Below, in pieces: positions 57,987-64,000 of a stretch of 64,000 bases of DNA (positions are counted from its first letter, which is position 1; every line of letters begins with the position of its first letter). The stretch is from the human T2T-CHM13v2.0 reference genome, Homo sapiens. The stretch lies in the NCBI GenBank assembly GCA_009914755.4, contig CP068257.2, positions 7,264,001-7,328,000 on the forward strand, given 5' to 3'. A model generated the notes under the pieces. It ran no database searches and was not told the origin of the DNA. It saw only the letters and a list, made by a program, of their open reading frames with translations. A program made the position numbers and the translations under genes.

Positions 57987-60900
57987 ATTCAACTCTAGTT
58001 GAATATCATGGATTGGAAAGGAATGGAATGGAATGGAATGGAATGGAATGGAATGGAATGGAGTGGAATGGAATAGAATCAACTCGAGTGCAATGGAATG
58101 TAATGGAATGGAGTGGAATGGAATGGAATGCAATGAAATGGAAAGGAATGCTATGGAATCAACCCGAGTGTAATGGAAATGAATGGAATGGAATTGAATA
58201 GAAAGGAATGAATGGAATGGAATGGAATGGAATGGAATGGTATGGAATCAACCCGAGTGGAATGGAAAGGACTGGAATGGAATAGAATGGAATGGAATGG
58301 AATGGAATGCAACGGAATCAACCCGAGTAGAATGGAATGGAAAGAAATGGAATGAAATGGAATGGAAAGGAATGGAATGGAATCAACACGAATGGAATGG
58401 AATGGAATGGAAAGGAATGAATGCAATGGAATGGAATGGAATGGAATGGTAGGGAATCAACCCGAGTGGAATGGAATGGAATGGAATGGAATGGAATGGA
58501 ATGGAATGGAATCCAGCCGAATGGGATGGAATGCAATGGAATGGAATGGAATAGAATCAACCCGAATGGAATGGAACGGAATGGAATGAAAAGGAATGGA
58601 ATGGAAAGGAATGGAATGGAATAGAATGGAATAAACCAGAATGGAATGGAATGGAATGGATTGGAATGGAATGGAATGGAATGGAATGCTATGGAATCAA
58701 CAGGAGTGTAATGGAAATGAATGGAATGGAATGGAATGGAATGGAATAAACCCAAGTGCAATGGAATGGAATAGAATGCAATGGAATCAACCCAAGTGGA
58801 ATGGAATAGAAATGCATGCAATGGAATGGAATGGAAAGCAAAGGAATGGAATCAACCCGACTGGAATGGAATGGAATGGAAAGGAATGAAGGGAATGGAA
58901 TGGAATGGTATGGAAAGGTATGGAATCAAGTCGAGTGGAATGGAATGGAATGGAATGGAATGGAATGGAATGGAATGGAGTGGAATGGAAGGCAAGGCAA
59001 TGGAATGGAATGGAATGGAATGGAACGGAACGGAATGGAATTGAATGGCATGGAATGAACCCGACTGGAATGGAATGCAATGGAATGGAATGGAATGGAA
59101 TGGAATGGAATGGAATAGAATCAAATCGAATGGAATGGAATGGAATGGAGTGGAATGGAATGGAATTGAATGGAATGGAATGGAATGGAAAGGAATCAAC
59201 CTGGATGGAATGGAATGGAATGGAATGGAATGGAAAGGAATCAACCCGAGTGGAATGGAATGGAATGGAATTCAATGGAATGAAATGGAATGGGATGGTA
59301 TGGAATCAACCCGAGTGGAATATTATCGAATGAAATGGAATGGAATGGGATGGTATGGAATCAACCCGAGTGGAATATTATCGAATTAAATGGAATGGAA
59401 CGGAATGGAATGGAATAAAATGCAATGGAATGGAATGGAATCAACCAGAGTGGAATGGAATATAATGGAATGGAATGGAATTAAATCGAGAGGAACAGAA
59501 TGGAATCAACACGAGTGGAATGGAATGGAATGGAATGGAATGGAATCAACCCGAGTGGAATGGAATGGAATGGAATGCAATGGAATGAAGCGGAATATAA
59601 TGCAATGGAATGGAAACATCCCGAGTGGAATGGAATGGTATGGAATGCAACGGAACGGAATGGAACAGAACGGAATGGAATGGAACGGAATAGATTGAAT
59701 CAGAAAGGAATTGAATGCAGAGGAATGGATTGGAATGGAATGCAATGGATTCAACCCTAGTTGAATGTCATGGATTGGAAAGGAATGGAATGGAACGGAA
59801 TGGAATGGAATGGAGTGGAATGGAATGGAATGGAGTGGAATGAAATGGTGTGGAATCAATACGAATGGAAAGGAAAGAAATGGAATGGAATGGAATGGAA
59901 TGGAATGGAATGGAATGGAAACAACACGAATAGAATGGAACGGAATGGAATGGAATGCTGTGAAATGGAATGGAATGGAAAGGAATCAACCCGAGTGGAA
60001 TGAAATGGAATGTAATGCAATGGAATGGAGCAGAATCAACCTGAGTCAAATGCAATGGAATGGAATGGAATGGAGTGGAATGGAATGGAATGGAATGGAA
60101 TGGAGTGGAATGGAATGGAATGGAATGGAATGGAATGGAATGGAATGGAATGGAACGGAATGGAATCCAATGGAATCAACTGGAATGGAATAGCACAGAA
60201 TGGAATGGAATGGAATGGAATCAATCCGGGTGGAATGGAATGGAATGTATGGAGTGGAATGGAATGGAATGGAGTGGAATGGAATGGAATGGAATGCAGC
60301 GGAATTTAATGGAACGGAATCAACCCGAATGGAATGGAACGGAATGGAGTGGAAAGGAATGGAATGGAATGGAATGGAATGGAATGGAATCAACCTGAAT
60401 AGGATGGAATGGAATGGAATGGAATGGAATGGAATACAATGGAATGCTATGGAATAAACCCGAGTGTAATGGAAATGCATGGAATGGAATGGAATGGAAT
60501 GGAATGGAATGGAATGGAATCAACCCAAGTGCAATGGAATGGAATGGAATGCAATGGTATCAACCCGAGTGGAATGGAATGGAAAGGAATGAAATGAAAT
60601 GGAATGGAAAGGAATGGAATGGAATCAACCCGAATGGAATGGAATGGAATGGAATGGAAAGTAAAGAATGGAATGGAATGGAATGGATTGGAATGGAATG
60701 GTATGGAATCAACCCGAGTGGAATGGAATGGACAGGAATGGAATAGAATGGAATGGGATGGAATGGAATGCAATGGAATGGAAAGGAATGGTACGGAATG
60801 GAACGGAATGGAATAGAATGAACACGAATGGAATGGAATGGAAAGGAATGGATTGGAATGGAATGGAATGGAATCAACCCGAGTGGAACGGAATGTAATG

Positions 60901-63900
60901 AAATGGAGTGGAATGGAAAGGAATGGAATGGAATGGAATGAACACGAATGGAATGGAATGGAATGGAATGGAATGGAATGGAATGGTATGGAATCAACCC
61001 GAGTGGAATGGAATGGACAGGAATGGAATAGAATGGAATGGGATGGAATGGAATGCAATGGAATGGAATGGAATAGAAAGGAATGGTACGGAATGGAACG
61101 GAATGGAATAGAATGAACACGAATGGAATGGAATGGAAAGGAATGGATTGGAATGGAATGGAATGGAATCAACCCGAGTGGAACGGAATGTAATGGAATG
61201 GAGTGGAATGGAATGGAATGGAATGGAATGGAATGGAATGGAATGGAATGGAATGGAATCAACACGAATGGAATGGAATGGCATGGAATGGAAGGGAATG
61301 GAATGAAATGGAATCAACCCTAGTGGAATGGAATGGAATGGAGTTTAATGGAATGGAATAGAATAGATTGGTATGGAATCAACCCGAGAGGAATGGTATG
61401 GAATGGAATGCAATGGAATGGAATGGAATGCAACAAAATGGAATGGAATGGAATGGTATCAACCCGTGTGGAAGGGAATGGAATGGAATGGAATCAACCG
61501 GAGTGGAATGGAATGGAATGGAGTGGAATGGAATGGAATGCAATGAAATGGAAAGGAACGGAATTTAATCACCCCGAGTGGAATGGAATAGAATGGAATG
61601 GAAAGGAATGGAATCAACCCGAGTGGAATGGAATGGAATGGAATGGAATGGAATGCAATGGAATCAACCAGAGTGGAAAGGAATAGAATGGAATGGATTA
61701 TAATGCAATGGAATGGAATCAATCCTGGTGGAATGGAACGGAATGGCATGGAGTGGAATGGAACGGAATGGAATGGAATGGAATGGAATGGAATGGAATG
61801 GAAAGGAATCAACCCGAAAGGAATGGAATGGAATGAAATGGAAAGGAATGGAATGCAATGGATTGGAATGGAATGAAATGGATTCAAACCGAATGGAATG
61901 GAATGGAATGGAATGGAATGTTATATAATCAACACGAGTGGAATGAAATGAATGGAAAGAAATGGAATGGAATGCAATGGAATGGAATGGAATGGAATCA
62001 ACCCGAATGGAATTGAATGGAAAGGAATGGAATGGAATGGATTGGAATGGAATGGAATGGAATGGAATGGAATGGAGTGGAATGGAATGGAATGGAATCA
62101 TCCCGAGTGGAATGGAATGGTATGGAATGCAATGGAATGGAATGGAACAGAATGGAAAGGAATGGAATGGAATAGATTGAATCTGAGAGGAATTGACTGG
62201 AGTGGAATGGATGGAAATGGAATGCAAGGGATTCAACCCAGTTGAATGTCATGGATTGGAAAGGAGTGGAATGGAATGGAATGGAAAGGAGTGGAATGGA
62301 ATGGAATGGAATCAACACGAATGGAATGGAACGGAATGGAATGGAATGGAATGGAATGGAATGGAATGGAATGGAAACAACACGAATGGAATGGAACGGA
62401 ACGGAATGCAATGGAATGCTGTGGAATGCAATGAAATAAACACGAATAGAATGGACCGGAATGGAACGGAATGGAATGGAATGGAATGGAATGCAGTGGA
62501 ATGGCATGAAATGGAAAGGAACGGAATGGAATTAACCCGAGTGGAACGGAATGGAATGGAAAGGAATCAACCCGAGTGGAATGAAATGGAATGTAATGCA
62601 ATGGAATGGAGCAGAATCAATCTGAGTCTAATGCAATGGAATGGAAGGGAATGGAGTGGAATGGAATGGAATGGAATGGAATGGAATGGAATGGAATGGA
62701 ACGGAATAGAATCCAATGGAATCAACTGGGATGGAATAGCATAGAATGGAATGGAATGGAATGAAATCAATCCGGGTAGAATGGAATGGAATGTATGGAG
62801 TGGAATGGAATGGAATGGAGTGGAATGGAATGGAATGGTATGGAATCAACCCGAGTGGAATGGAATTGAATGGAATTCAATGGAATGAAACGGAATATAA
62901 TGGAATGGATTGGAAACATCCCGAATGGAATGGAATGGTATGGAATGCAATGGAACAGAATGGAAAAGAACGGAATGCAATGGAACGGAATAAATTGAAT
63001 CAGAGAGGAATTCAATGGAGAGGAATGGACTGCAATGGAATGCAATGGATTCAAACCTAGTTGAATGTTATAGATTGGAAAGGAATGGAATGGAATGCAG
63101 TGGAATGGAATGGAGTGGAATCAACACGAATGGAATGGAACGGAATGGAATGGAATGGAATGGAATGGAATGGAATGGAACGGAATGGAATGGAAAAAAC
63201 ACGAATAGAATGGAACGGAATGGAATGGAATGCTGTGGAATGGAATGGAATGGAATGAAATAAACACGAATAGAATGGAATGGAATGGAATGCAATGGAA
63301 TGGAATGGAATGGAATGGAGTGAAAGGAAAGGAACGGAATGCAATTAACCTGAGTGGAATTGAATGGAATGGAAAGGAATGAACCCGAGTGGAATGAAAT
63401 GTAATGTAATGCAATGGAATGGAGCGGAATCAACCTGAGTGGAATGGAATGGAATGGAATGGAATGGAATGGAATGGAATGGAATGCAATGGAATGGAAT
63501 GGAATGCAATGGAATGGAATGCAATGGAATGGAATCAACCCGAATGGAATGGAACGGAATGGAATGGAAAGGAATGGAATGGAATGGAATGGAATGGAAT
63601 GGAATGGAATTGAATGGAATGGAATCATCCCGAGTGGAATGGAATGGTATGGAATGCAATGGAATGGAATGGAACAGAACAGAAAGGAATGGAATGGAAT
63701 AGATTGAATCCGAGAGGAATTGACTGGAGTTGAATGGATTGGAATGGAATGCAAGGGATTCAACCCAGTTGAATGTCATGGATTGGAAAGAGTGGAATGA
63801 AATGGAATGGAAAGGAGTGGAATGGAATGGAATGAAATCAACACGAATGGAATGGAACGTAAAGGAATGGAATGGAATGGAATGGAATGGAATGGAATGG

Positions 63901-64000
63901 CAACAACACGAATGGAATGGAAAGGAACGGAATGGAATGGAATGCTGTGGAATGGAATGGAATGGAATGGAATGGAATGGAATAGAATCAAATCGAATGG
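57987..64000 (+). repeat. Domain II ~9.35 kb unit, second copy (truncated by the window end)
   Basis: The same evidence as for the previous unit applies. Confidence 0.65.
62231..62247. repeat. Inverted repeat ATTCAAC-CCA-GTTGAAT (type-A module embedded in domain II)
   Basis: GCAAGGG[ATTCAACCCAGTTGAAT]GTCATGGATTGGAAAGGAGTGG. Confidence 0.9.

Larger units (their letters stand above)
1..64000 (+). repeat. HSat3-type pentameric satellite array (GGAAT)n on + strand / (ATTCC)n on - strand, spanning the whole window
   Basis: Directly visible. Essentially every 5 bp is AATGG/GGAAT or a 1-2 mismatch derivative. There are recurrent diverged monomers: CAACCCGAGTGGAATGG, CAACACGAATGGAATGGAACGG, ATAAACACGAATAGAATGG, AATCAACCTGAGT. 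The + strand is purine-rich and C is by far the rarest base. There is no non-satellite interruption and no orientation flip. Confidence 0.95.
15171..64000 (+). repeat. HOR domain II: composite large higher-order repeats (~10.9, ~12.3 and ~9.3 kb periods) with embedded domain-I-like modules
   Basis: Hairpin landmark B1 (CAATGGATTCAACTCTAGTTGAATATCATGG) lies at 15624, 26542 and 38814 (spacings 10918 and 12272). A-tracts lie at 16344, 27273 and 39531. Landmarks recur at 48640/57987, 50426/59749, 52929/62229, 53745/63047 and 54451/63756, all ~9.30-9.35 kb apart. Confidence 0.65.

Noticed and set aside
1-64000. Possibility of a prokaryotic or phage 'novel system' or operon, as the task framing hints
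   Set aside because: The sequence is a eukaryotic pentameric satellite. It has no intergenic architecture, RBS, promoters or diverse protein domains. No part of the window is non-repetitive.
1-64000. CRISPR array (regular short direct repeats)
   Set aside because: The repeat unit is 5 bp with no unique spacers of 25-40 bp. The periodicities seen (0.8, 3.7 and 9-12 kb) are satellite HORs, not repeat-spacer units.
1-64000. Telomeric or alpha-satellite (171-bp) identity
   Set aside because: There are no TTAGGG or CCCTAA runs. There is no 171-bp monomer periodicity and no CENP-B box-like 17-mer. The base unit is unambiguously 5 bp.

Overview
Honest assessment: this window does not contain a novel gene system. 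All 64,000 bp are one uninterrupted tandem satellite array built from the pentamer GGAAT/AATGG (bottom strand ATTCC). It is interspersed with diverged monomers such as CAACCCGAGT, CAACACGAATAGAATGGAACGG and GAATCAACCTGAGT. This is the signature of human (hominoid) pericentromeric satellite III (HSat3, the classical (GGAAT)n family). The purine-rich (GGAAT)n strand is the + strand throughout. I saw no polarity switch, no interspersed transposon (no Alu, L1, LTR or poly-pyrimidine stretch), no tRNA or rRNA, no CRISPR and no credible coding gene. The several hundred ORFs in the supplied track are artefacts. A perfect (AATGG)n repeat has no stop codon in any of the six frames and has an ATG every 5 bp. 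The + frames therefore read MEWNG... and the - frames read PFHSI... until a diverged monomer supplies a stop. What is real and worth describing is the multi-scale higher-order repeat (HOR) architecture. (i) Domain I (~1-15,100) has a ~3.6-3.8 kb HOR in about four copies, with indels between copies and internal tandem duplications of 110 bp and 604 bp. (ii) A junction at ~15.1 kb leads into a different HOR family. (iii) Domain II (~15,170-64,000) has much larger nested periodicities of ~10.9, ~12.3 and ~9.3 kb, and carries embedded domain-I-like modules. (iv) A ~100-bp non-pentameric anchor module recurs about 33 times. It contains a hairpin-capable inverted repeat ATTCAAC-N3/4-GTTGAAT whose stem is conserved while the loop differs between HOR families. 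(v) A-homopolymer tracts sit at a fixed HOR phase and vary in length. Chromosomal or subfamily assignment (9q12, Yq12/DYZ1, acrocentric short arms and so on) cannot be made from the sequence alone.
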